A DNA stretch of 7,432 nt from a virus (taxonomy: Duplodnaviria; Heunggongvirae; Uroviricota; Caudoviricetes), in IMG/VR virus record IMGVR_UViG_2548876951_000007. One strand, given 5' to 3'. The notes under the pieces were generated by a model. It made no database searches, was not told the origin of the DNA, and saw nothing but the letters and a program-made list of their open reading frames with translations. Each line of letters opens with the position of its first letter. The first letter of the stretch is position 1. Position numbers and translations under genes: made by a program. Shown here piece after piece: positions 1 through 6,435 of the stretch.

Positions 1-35
1 CCGGTACCAGAACAGGTCGAAGTAATACCCGCACG

Positions 36-308
36 TTACCTCCAGATGCGTTGCTGATATGTGCGGGACGGACGCGGCGGGCGTTCGGAATAAGGGAGCC
101 TGACGGAAATTATCCAGTGTCGGAAGTCAGGACTGAGGCCTTTCTGAAACTGGTATCCACGTCTGCGGTAATTCTGAATCAGCCACTCGGCCTGTTCTTC
201 AGTGCATTGGTCATGCTGGTACCAGTCATATTTGAATGCGTGAGAGCGCCGTCCGTGTCTGCTGGCAGGGTCGGCATCAGAATTGTGGTGTTTGGTATTG
301 TGCGCCAT
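36..308 (-). CDS. hypothetical protein (about 90 aa from first ATG; track ORF opens at TTG 389)
   Basis: Minus-strand ORF with protein-like composition. The track start at 387-389 is TTG and lies inside the U-tract of the terminator at 381-406, so the first in-frame ATG (306-308) is the more plausible start, though its SD is weak (GAGA). No motif recognised. Confidence 0.3.
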   Translation of the reverse strand: MAHNTKHHNSDADPASRHGRRSHAFKYDWYQHDQCTEEQAEWLIQNYRRRGYQFQKGLSPDFRHWIISVRLPYSERPPRPSRTYQQRIWR

Positions 309-380
309 CGGTTGTCTCTGCTGGCGCAGCAGGTGCCAGTTGTTCAGGCTGGCGTGTGGATTGTAAACCAGAACGCCAGG

Positions 381-406
381 AAAAAACAAAACCCGCGAAG
401 CGGGTT
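381..406 (-). terminator. Rho-independent terminator downstream of the restriction endonuclease gene
   Basis: Forward 390-406 AACCCGCGAAGCGGGTT forms a perfect 7-bp GC-rich stem with a 3-nt loop. On the minus strand it is followed directly by UUUUGUUUUUU (forward 381-389), about 75 nt after the REase stop at 479-481. Confidence 0.6.
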
Positions 407-478
407 AGTAAAAATGTACTGAAGTCAATGACGTGCCATCACAGTTAAAATATGACAGACTCTATTTACGTAGAGATG

Positions 479-1357
479 TCAGACTGCAAGATCCAAGGGA
501 AGATCAGAAATATCCTTTAATCTTTTACCATTAACCATCACGGAAAGCATGTCAGCTGCATCGCTGAGCCCCAGTATTTCAACTGCTGATATAAGTTCAT
601 AAAGCGCAAAATGATACACGCAATCTATATCACCAGTACCAAGAGCAATAGACGCCAGACGACTTGGAGTAGGCTCAGCAGTAACAACCATTACATGAGG
701 GAGATTTCCCTTACGGTTGCGAATAAGATTTAATGCCTCAGAACGAGCATTCTGGGCCCGGTCGCTTCTTATTGTCCATTTGCAGGAAATACTTGCGTGT
801 AATATTGGTTTCCCACCATTCGAACTCCTGAGAGCTGACATGCGGGTAACAGAATCATCCACCAGTAATTCAGGACTGTTGATAACTTGATCACATTCAG
901 GTTCTCTTTCAACAATAATATCTGGTGAAATCGTATAATCACTCCCCAGTGCAGCAGCTAGCTGAGGATTACTTTTTGCAGCACTATCCAATGCTATAAG
1001 ATGGGCATATTGTTCATATTTAGCTATCTCTAATCTGTTTCTACCAGAAACCTGATGTACATTCCATTTTCCAGGGCGTAAGTGGCTGAGTTTAAAAAAG
1101 GTTTTTTCTATAAACTCTGCGCAGATACTCTCAAACTGATTACCAGATGTTTGCCCTGCAACACGTTCACCAATCGTTTCAGCCTGCAAGAAGCGAGCAA
1201 TTTCTCTTGCTATAGCTTTACTGTTTTTGTTACTGCTATCTGCGTTACTAACAACTCCGGCAGTATTAATTGTGAGCGTATTCAGTAACAATTGGGCATG
1301 AAACTCCTTTCTGGCTTCAGCAAAACCAACTATGCTGTCAACCAAATCTCCATTCAT
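479..1357 (-). CDS. Type II restriction endonuclease, NgoMIV/Cfr10I/Bse634I-like family (CCGG-core recognition expected)
   Basis: 292-aa ORF from ATG 1355-1357 (M46 of the track ORF), with AGGA about 9 nt upstream and starting 13 nt after the MTase stop. Contains SPDIIV (PD) and HASISCKW (S-x-K) followed by RSDRAQNARSE, which I recall as the variant PD...SxK active site of the NgoMIV/Cfr10I fold. The track start at 1492 would overlap the MTase gene by 120 nt and is less likely. Confidence 0.7.
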   Translation of the reverse strand: MNGDLVDSIVGFAEARKEFHAQLLLNTLTINTAGVVSNADSSNKNSKAIAREIARFLQAETIGERVAGQTSGNQFESICAEFIEKTFFKLSHLRPGKWNVHQVSGRNRLEIAKYEQYAHLIALDSAAKSNPQLAAALGSDYTISPDIIVEREPECDQVINSPELLVDDSVTRMSALRSSNGGKPILHASISCKWTIRSDRAQNARSEALNLIRNRKGNLPHVMVVTAEPTPSRLASIALGTGDIDCVYHFALYELISAVEILGLSDAADMLSVMVNGKRLKDISDLPLDLAV

Positions 1358-1370
1358 TTCTGGATTTCCT

Positions 1371-2495
1371 TCAGGCTGCTTGACTATTCTTACTGATGTT
1401 ATTCTTATACCGTCCCTGCAAAACTCCATACACATATTGTGCGATTTTTGCTGCAAATAGCGGTGGAACAGCATTCCCGATCTGCTTTGCAATCTCAGTT
1501 TTTGAACCGGTAAAAATGAAATTATCAGGAAAAGACATTAATCTCGCTGCCTCACGATGAGTTATTGGCCGATCCTCTTCCGGATGTAAATATCGCCCTT
1601 TCTCCGGTTTGAAAAACTCAGTACGAATCGTTACTGAAGGTCTGTCCCACCACAGACGTCCAAACAAATCGGTCCCTCCAGATTTCTTTTTTAGCCAGCA
1701 CGCCGGGGTTATATCAGGTCTTTTTTTCTGTAAATCGAAACGGTTACCTCCTGGTGGAACCGCTTTATATCGCTCCAGAGAAACAGGTGTGGGATTACGC
1801 CCAAAATGTAAGTTCAGCGGAGGAAGTTCATTACGAATATCAGTTCCAACAGGAGCAGGTAAGTCACCAATTGCATCACGCGTACAGACCCATTCAGGCA
1901 AAGCGACATCCTTATCAGGGGAACGATGCGTTGGTGCTGGCGGGAACGCCGGAATACTATGCACATCGAAGAGTTCTCGTTTGATACCGATTGCTATCGT
2001 TCGTTTTCTTGTCTGAGGTACTCCATAGTCAGCAGTATTCAACACCATTGGATTAAGCAGAATAAAGCCCATGGATTTCGCTCTAAACGTAATGTCCGCA
2101 AACTCATCGCTTATCAGCAATCCGGGGACATTTTCCATGACGAACATACAAGCCCTTGAACGCTCAATGACATCCATATAAGGCTCCCACAATGCTCTTC
2201 GGTGATCACCATAACGATTCTTATTCAATAAACTGAATCCCTGACACGGGGGGCCACCTATGACCACATCAGCCTCAGGAACAGTATTGCTGGATGCCCA
2301 CTCCTCAATATTTGCCTGAACTCCATGCAAACCAAAATTGGCATTGTAGGTATTTATAGCTGCAGCATTATTATCAATAGCAAGGATACTTTCAAAGTAG
2401 TCAGACATCTCTCCATGAAGAAAACCATAAGATAATCCACCTGCCCCACAAAAGAGGTCTATCACTCTGAATTTATTTAATTCTTTCATCCGCAT
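1371..2495 (-). CDS. DNA (cytosine-5)-methyltransferase, Type II R-M modification subunit
   Basis: 374 aa with canonical C5-MTase motifs in order: motif I DLFCGAGGLSYGF, motif IV GGPPCQGFS, motif VI ENVPGL, motif VIII VPQTRKRTIAIG, motif X QIGNAVPP. GAGG about 8 nt upstream of ATG 2495. Confidence 0.9.
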   Translation of the reverse strand: MRMKELNKFRVIDLFCGAGGLSYGFLHGEMSDYFESILAIDNNAAAINTYNANFGLHGVQANIEEWASSNTVPEADVVIGGPPCQGFSLLNKNRYGDHRRALWEPYMDVIERSRACMFVMENVPGLLISDEFADITFRAKSMGFILLNPMVLNTADYGVPQTRKRTIAIGIKRELFDVHSIPAFPPAPTHRSPDKDVALPEWVCTRDAIGDLPAPVGTDIRNELPPLNLHFGRNPTPVSLERYKAVPPGGNRFDLQKKRPDITPACWLKKKSGGTDLFGRLWWDRPSVTIRTEFFKPEKGRYLHPEEDRPITHREAARLMSFPDNFIFTGSKTEIAKQIGNAVPPLFAAKIAQYVYGVLQGRYKNNISKNSQAA

Positions 2496-2578
2496 CCATA
2501 TGCCTCAGATTAATGTTGAGCGTCTTACAGGACGCGTAATGTTAACTGGGGCTTTCTCTATCTGCCTTTTGGTGTTCA

Positions 2579-2603
2579 TGCCTGAGGCAGACAGCCTCAG
2601 GCA
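2579..2603 (-). promoter_or_regulatory. 9-bp-stem perfect palindrome (TGCCTGAGG-N7-CCTCAGGCA) between the QueH-like and MTase genes; operator or leader hairpin
   Basis: Seen directly in the sequence. No U-tract follows on either strand, so it is not a canonical intrinsic terminator. It sits immediately downstream of the candidate promoter at 2613-2641. Confidence 0.35.
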
Positions 2604-2612
2604 CCCGCAGCA

Positions 2613-2641
2613 ATTCTACTTAACTCACGTCACCTCGCCAA
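2613..2641 (-). promoter_or_regulatory. candidate sigma70 promoter for the MTase/REase genes
   Basis: On the minus strand: TTGGCG (forward 2636-2641), a 17-nt spacer, then TAGAAT (forward 2613-2618). Consensus match only, no experimental support. Confidence 0.3.
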
Positions 2642-2673
2642 TATGAAATCAATCAGAAAGGTGATCCATAAAA

Positions 2674-3360
2674 TCACTCCTTCTCTTCTTTTCCGTAGTG
2701 GAGTTGGCCAATTTTGATAAGAGGGCGTCCCTGAGATTTGCGGTGTAGATTGGTATCGCGCAGAGAATACACACAGCCACAATATTCCTGCTGATAGAAT
2801 TTTTCGCGCTTGCTGATTTCAATCATACGGGACGAGCCGCCCTGCTTGCGCCAGTTATAATCCCAGTACACCATACCCGGATAATGCGCAACAGCTCGCC
2901 GCCCACACTCGTTAATCTGCTGCATATTTTTCCAGCGTGAAATGCCCAGTGAACTGCTGATCACACTGAAACCATTTTCAGCAGCGTACAACGCTGTCCG
3001 CTCAAAACGCATGTCAAAACACATGGTACAACGGATCCCCCTCTCAGGCTCCCATTCCATTCCTTTGGCACGTTCAAACCAGTTGTCGGTGTCGTAATCA
3101 GCATCGATAAACGGCACGCCGTGTTGTTCAGCAAAGCGAATATTTTCATCCTTACGAATTAAATACTCTTTCTGAGGATGAATGTTCGGGTTGTAGAAAA
3201 AGATGGTGTAGTCGATTCCCGAGGCCTGAAGCGCCTCCATCACTTCACCGGAACATGGAGCACAGCAAGAGTGCAGTAGTAGTTTGTTTGCCCCGTTTGG
3301 GAGCTCCAATTTAGGCCGTTTGAAATCAGCAATAGTCATAAATATTTTTATTGGGGTCAT
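2674..3360 (-). CDS. queH: QueH-like (DUF208) epoxyqueuosine reductase family protein, putative Fe-S enzyme
   Basis: 228-aa ORF with an N-terminal [11 protein letters not shown] motif, a central [10 protein letters not shown] and a C-terminal EYCGCVYS. This Cys pattern matches what I recall of the QueH/DUF208 family. The start is uncertain: neither ATG 3360 nor ATG 3339 has a clear SD. Confidence 0.55.
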   Translation of the reverse strand: MTPIKIFMTIADFKRPKLELPNGANKLLLHSCCAPCSGEVMEALQASGIDYTIFFYNPNIHPQKEYLIRKDENIRFAEQHGVPFIDADYDTDNWFERAKGMEWEPERGIRCTMCFDMRFERTALYAAENGFSVISSSLGISRWKNMQQINECGRRAVAHYPGMVYWDYNWRKQGGSSRMIEISKREKFYQQEYCGCVYSLRDTNLHRKSQGRPLIKIGQLHYGKEEKE

Positions 3361-3513
3361 GAAAATAGCACAGAGTGTAGCATCAGAGCAGGGCTATCGG
3401 GAATATATGTCTAAATCTGGTAATATCTGGTTTTGACGCAAAGCGGACAACCACGCTGGCTCTACCCTGCGCCATGAAAATGTCAATTCACATCTGAACT
3501 AATGCTCTTTAAT

Positions 3514-3939
3514 CTAGTAACGTCTAAAATACCTAACATTTCCTTGATAAAATGCCAGTACACGCTGCATAGCTTCGCTCTTCCGGCACTCGCGACAGAT
3601 TATGTTTAGGCGCCTGTCGTAGCGGCGTATTTCGCCGTCTGGTAATAGCCAGATAAGGTCCGGATCAACCACAGATGGTTTCTTCAGCTTTGCCCTTGAG
3701 AGTTTTTTGCGGGCGTTTTGCCAGTCCTTGCGCGCCTGCTCAGACGGGAATACTCCGTAACCGGAATTGTAAACATCACCACTGGCGGCCAGCTCCATGC
3801 ATAAACGACCGACAGACGCATGACTGACACCAATTTCATCCGATAACTGCCGAATCGTGCCTCGTCCGTTAAGGCGTACGAATTCCACGATCAGCCCTTT
3901 AATTTTTTCCCGCTCTTCTTGTGTAAAAACTTTTGCCAC
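3514..3939 (-). CDS. HTH-domain protein, function unknown (sits where a helicase loader is expected)
   Basis: 141-aa ORF starting at GTG 3937-3939, preceded by a strong SD (AGGAGGG, about 4 nt spacer), 38 nt downstream of the upstream replication-gene stop. Predicted HTH around TIRQLSDEIGVSHASVGRL; basic C-terminus. No DnaC/P-like Walker motifs. Confidence 0.5.
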   Translation of the reverse strand: MAKVFTQEEREKIKGLIVEFVRLNGRGTIRQLSDEIGVSHASVGRLCMELAASGDVYNSGYGVFPSEQARKDWQNARKKLSRAKLKKPSVVDPDLIWLLPDGEIRRYDRRLNIICRECRKSEAMQRVLAFYQGNVRYFRRY

Positions 3940-3979
3940 AAGCCCTCCTGAAAATTACCTCATGACCAGAAATTAACAC

Positions 3980-4942
3980 TTACCCCCTGAAGCCCGGCGG
4001 AATTTCAGTGTCCGGTTCAGAAATGTGATTCACGCAACGCTGCGCAGGTGAACGCCCCAGGCGGATAACCAGTTCATCCCATTTTTCCCGGAGTTTTGCC
4101 GGACTCATGATGTTTTTTACCCAGAACGAATCCCGCTGGAGACGCCCAAACATTTCACAAATTTGTCTGTGAGTTCTGCCATCCAGCATCCGCATTGTGC
4201 GAACGTCATTGGCCCATGCTGTCCAGTTGGGTTCTTTCGGTCTAGTGATCTCGCCATCATCGCTGGCCGCCTGCTCGTAAAGACTCACGATTCGTCCCCA
4301 GATCCACTGTGCGCACACCAAATCTTCCTGACTTCCCCACTGGCGTTTTTTCGCACTGAACACAACCGCGTCAGGGTGTCGGGTTAAAAAATCCTGTTCA
4401 GCCATCTGCGGGTCCGGTTGCGAAGCGTCCGGACAAGAAGATCTTTTATCTGACGGATCAGGTTTTAATACTGACGGATCGGGGTCAATCATCGCCCCCC
4501 TAATCGGCAGTTTTTTATCAACAGTTGATCCATCAAAATTTAACGGGTCAACCGTTGAGGGGTCAATATTTGACGGGTCAACTGTTAACGGGTCATTTTT
4601 TGCCGGGCTAATTTTTCTTTTCGGTTTATATGACTCACGCGCCGCCGCCGCAGCTGCTTCGAGTTTTTCCACATTAAGCCGATAGATATTGCTTACATTA
4701 CGCCCACCGACCTTACGCTCTTCCTTCGTCAGCCAGCCCTCTTTCGCCAGTTCTGCAATAGCCGATTTCACTGTGGATTCACTTCTTGCACCGATCTGAC
4801 GCCGGATAGTTTCAATGGCAGGCCATGACACGCCCTCGTCATTGCTGTAGTCTGCAAGACGGGCCATAACCGCCACCCTGGATAAGATCATGCCGGTGAA
4901 GGCGCACCCTTCCCAGACAAGACCATGAAGCTTGCTGCTCAT
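3980..4942 (-). CDS. phage replication initiation protein (O-like / YdaU-position), N-terminal winged-helix domain
   Basis: About 320 aa from ATG 4940-4942 (the track start at 4957 is GTG). The N-terminal segment WPAIETIRRQIGARSESTVKSAIAELAKEGWLTKEER resembles the HTH of phage/plasmid replication initiators. The central low-complexity VDP-repeat linker is encoded by the tandem 15-bp iterons. It lies immediately downstream of the YdaT-like gene, as in Rac. Confidence 0.6.
   Translation of the reverse strand: MSSKLHGLVWEGCAFTGMILSRVAVMARLADYSNDEGVSWPAIETIRRQIGARSESTVKSAIAELAKEGWLTKEERKVGGRNVSNIYRLNVEKLEAAAAAARESYKPKRKISPAKNDPLTVDPSNIDPSTVDPLNFDGSTVDKKLPIRGAMIDPDPSVLKPDPSDKRSSCPDASQPDPQMAEQDFLTRHPDAVVFSAKKRQWGSQEDLVCAQWIWGRIVSLYEQAASDDGEITRPKEPNWTAWANDVRTMRMLDGRTHRQICEMFGRLQRDSFWVKNIMSPAKLREKWDELVIRLGRSPAQRCVNHISEPDTEIPPGFRG
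4541..4615. repeat. five tandem 15-bp iterons (consensus about TRACGGGTCAAnnnT) inside the replication gene; putative origin
   Basis: GGGTCA/GGGCTA cores start at 4545, 4560, 4575, 4590 and 4605, an exact 15-bp period. A degenerate copy lies at 4481-4489. The adjacent 4505-4540 stretch is AT-rich and 4440-4530 holds four GATC sites. Confidence 0.6.
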
Positions 4943-4964
4943 AAAACCCCCGAACACCGTGCTT

Positions 4965-5390
4965 TTAGTGCATCACCACAGCATTCCCTGCCGGGCCGCC
5001 GCGATTCATCTGGTCATACAAAACAACCGCTGACGCAACAAAATCATCGACATCCTTCACCAGCCGATCCCTCCGTTCGACGATCTCACGGTAATATTCA
5101 GAACTGTGGCTGCGCATACGGGCCACCAGCAAAGGCGGCATCGCCTTTTCGATCGCCGGTAACAGAGCCTGCATTTTTTCAACAGCATCAGGGGTGTCTT
5201 TATCCAGCCAACGGAAAATTTTCTGGGTATTACGGGCCAGGGCTTCCGGATGGCTGTCGTCGTACAGTTCAGGGAACGTCATCCCCAGTTCGAAATAAGT
5301 CCGGGCTATTTCAGCTGCAGGAACTTTCTCACCATCAGGGTATGCCCAGGCATTCATCGCCATGCGGATGTGCTCATGTTTGATTTTCAT
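4965..5390 (-). CDS. ydaT: YdaT-like prophage protein
   Basis: 141-aa ORF with ATG at 5388-5390, overlapping the upstream Cro-like gene end by 17 nt (translational coupling). Size and position (third gene after the repressor, second in the cro-side operon) match Rac ydaT. Assigned by synteny and recalled similarity, not by search. Confidence 0.55.
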   Translation of the reverse strand: MKIKHEHIRMAMNAWAYPDGEKVPAAEIARTYFELGMTFPELYDDSHPEALARNTQKIFRWLDKDTPDAVEKMQALLPAIEKAMPPLLVARMRSHSSEYYREIVERRDRLVKDVDDFVASAVVLYDQMNRGGPAGNAVVMH

Positions 5391-5697
5391 GAATCATTTG
5401 CCTCTTGATGCTTCGGGTATGATCGTTTTCGTCATTTGGTTGCTTCATCGACATATTCTGCGAATAACATGACGAGCGTCGTAAGTATGTCCAATCAACA
5501 TCAGGACGAAGTTCTTCACACAGGACACCACCTTTTGTTGCTCGTTCAATCGCAGGACATCTCTCAGCAGGTAACTGACGTACACCTTTGATCCATTGAT
5601 TTACGCTTGGAGGAGATACACCTAAAAGCCTAGCCATTGCTGATTGCCCACCGACAACAGCACAAGCTCGTTTGAATGAATAGTTATCTTTTTTCAT
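5374..5697 (-). CDS. ydaS: Cro-like HTH DNA-binding protein (YdaS-like)
   Basis: 107 aa from ATG 5695-5697 with GGAG 10-13 nt upstream; the track start at 5718 is GTG and lies upstream of the predicted transcription start. HTH segment QSAMARLLGVSPPSVNQWIKGVRQLP. Transcribed divergently from the repressor gene. Confidence 0.65.
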   Translation of the reverse strand: MKKDNYSFKRACAVVGGQSAMARLLGVSPPSVNQWIKGVRQLPAERCPAIERATKGGVLCEELRPDVDWTYLRRSSCYSQNMSMKQPNDENDHTRSIKRQMIHENQT

Positions 5698-5724
5698 CGA
5701 ATGAACTCCAAAAAACACGCAACA

Positions 5725-5792
5725 ATATTAGGTTTAGCCTAATGAAATTGTCAATAGGCTATGCCTAATACATCGAGAGTAGGGATTGCCTA
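5725..5792 (-). promoter_or_regulatory. cro-side (PR-like) promoter with three operator-like dyads
   Basis: On the minus strand: -35 TTGACA (forward 5749-5754), an 18-nt spacer, -10 TAATAT (forward 5725-5730). Three TAGG-N5-CCTA dyads at 5729-5741, 5755-5767 and 5780-5792, with centres 26 and 25 bp apart. Confidence 0.5.
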
Positions 5793-5821
5793 ACGCGATG
5801 CGCATAGGAGACTATTAAGCA

Positions 5822-6298
5822 ATGCTTAGTGGTAAAGACTTAGGCCGAGCGATAGAGCAGGCCATTAACAAAAAAATTGCATCAGGAGCCGTCAAATCAA
5901 AGGCGGAAATCGCACGTCATTTCAAAGTCCAACCACCATCAATCCATGACTGGATTAAGAAAGGTTCGATAAGTAAAGACAAACTTCCAGAACTATGGCG
6001 TTTCTTTTCTGATGTGGTTGGTCCAGAGCATTGGGGGCTTAACGAATACCCCATACCAACCCCATCCACTTCAGATACAAAAAGTGAACTTTTAGACATA
6101 AACAGCCTTTATCAAGCCGCCTCTGATGAAAAAAGAGCAATTGTGGCTTTCATCTTATCTGGAAATGCTACGGAGCCTAGTTGGGTTGATCATGACGTTC
6201 GCGCCTACATTGCCGCAATGGAAATGAAGGTAGCTAACTATCTGAAAAATCAAGAATCAAAACGGAAAAGCCAGAACATCACCAAGACAGGAACTTAA
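5822..6298 (+). CDS. racR: prophage repressor, RacR-like HTH protein
   Basis: 158-aa ORF with an N-terminal HTH (SKAEIARHFKVQPPSIHDWIKKG), divergent from the Cro-like gene and flanked by operator clusters. Length and synteny match Rac racR. Confidence 0.65.
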   Translation: MLSGKDLGRAIEQAINKKIASGAVKSKAEIARHFKVQPPSIHDWIKKGSISKDKLPELWRFFSDVVGPEHWGLNEYPIPTPSTSDTKSELLDINSLYQAASDEKRAIVAFILSGNATEPSWVDHDVRAYIAAMEMKVANYLKNQESKRKSQNITKTGT

Positions 6299-6312
6299 AC
6301 TTATATGGTCCG

Positions 6313-6334
6313 ACGGGAAATTCCTAGTTCCCGT
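6313..6334 (+). terminator. possible terminator hairpin after the repressor gene
   Basis: ACGGGAA-N8-TTCCCGT, a perfect 7-bp inverted repeat about 15 nt after the racR-like stop. The downstream T-tract is weak (TAGTTAACT). Confidence 0.3.
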
Positions 6335-6374
6335 TAGTTAACTCCTACTACCTCTCCCACAAACCATCACCTAT

Positions 6375-6435
6375 TAGGTTGCGCCCAGATTATTAGGCAT
6401 AGCCTATTGACAAGTAATTAGGCATTTCCTATAGT
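6375..6435 (+). promoter_or_regulatory. rightward (PL-like) promoter with three operator-like dyads
   Basis: -35 TTGACA 6407-6412, a 17-nt spacer, -10 TATAGT 6430-6435. TAGG-N5-CCTA dyads at 6394-6406 and 6419-6431, plus an imperfect one (TAGG-N5-CCCA) at 6375-6387. Nearly identical to the cro-side promoter but in mirror orientation. Confidence 0.5.

Noticed and set aside
51-422. Plus-strand 123-aa ORF
   Set aside because: Antisense to the more protein-like minus ORF and runs straight through the terminator hairpin. Its R/V-rich composition is typical of antisense frames.
236-448. Plus-strand 70-aa ORF
   Set aside because: Overlaps the terminator and the minus ORF; no SD; likely spurious.
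1082-1288. Plus-strand 68-aa ORF inside the REase gene
   Set aside because: Antisense to a well-supported CDS; no start context.
479-1492. Full 337-aa track ORF as the REase
   Set aside because: The first 45 codons would overlap the MTase coding region by about 120 nt. The internal ATG at 1357 sits 13 nt after the MTase stop with an SD and gives a length typical of this REase family.
1609-2159. Three plus-strand ORFs (135, 76 and 77 aa) inside the MTase gene
   Set aside because: Antisense to the MTase, whose motifs are unambiguous.
2579-2603. The palindrome as an intrinsic terminator for the QueH-like gene
   Set aside because: No U-tract follows the stem on either strand; an operator or leader-hairpin role is more consistent.
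2961-3149. Minus-strand 62-aa ORF in an alternative frame of the QueH-like gene
   Set aside because: Nested in another frame of a better-supported CDS.
4163-4387. Plus-strand 74-aa ORF
   Set aside because: Antisense to the replication-initiator gene.
4925-5383. Plus-strand 152-aa ORF
   Set aside because: Antisense to the YdaT-like gene; P/S/R-rich low-complexity translation.
5917-6099. Minus-strand 60-aa ORF
   Set aside because: Antisense to the racR-like gene.
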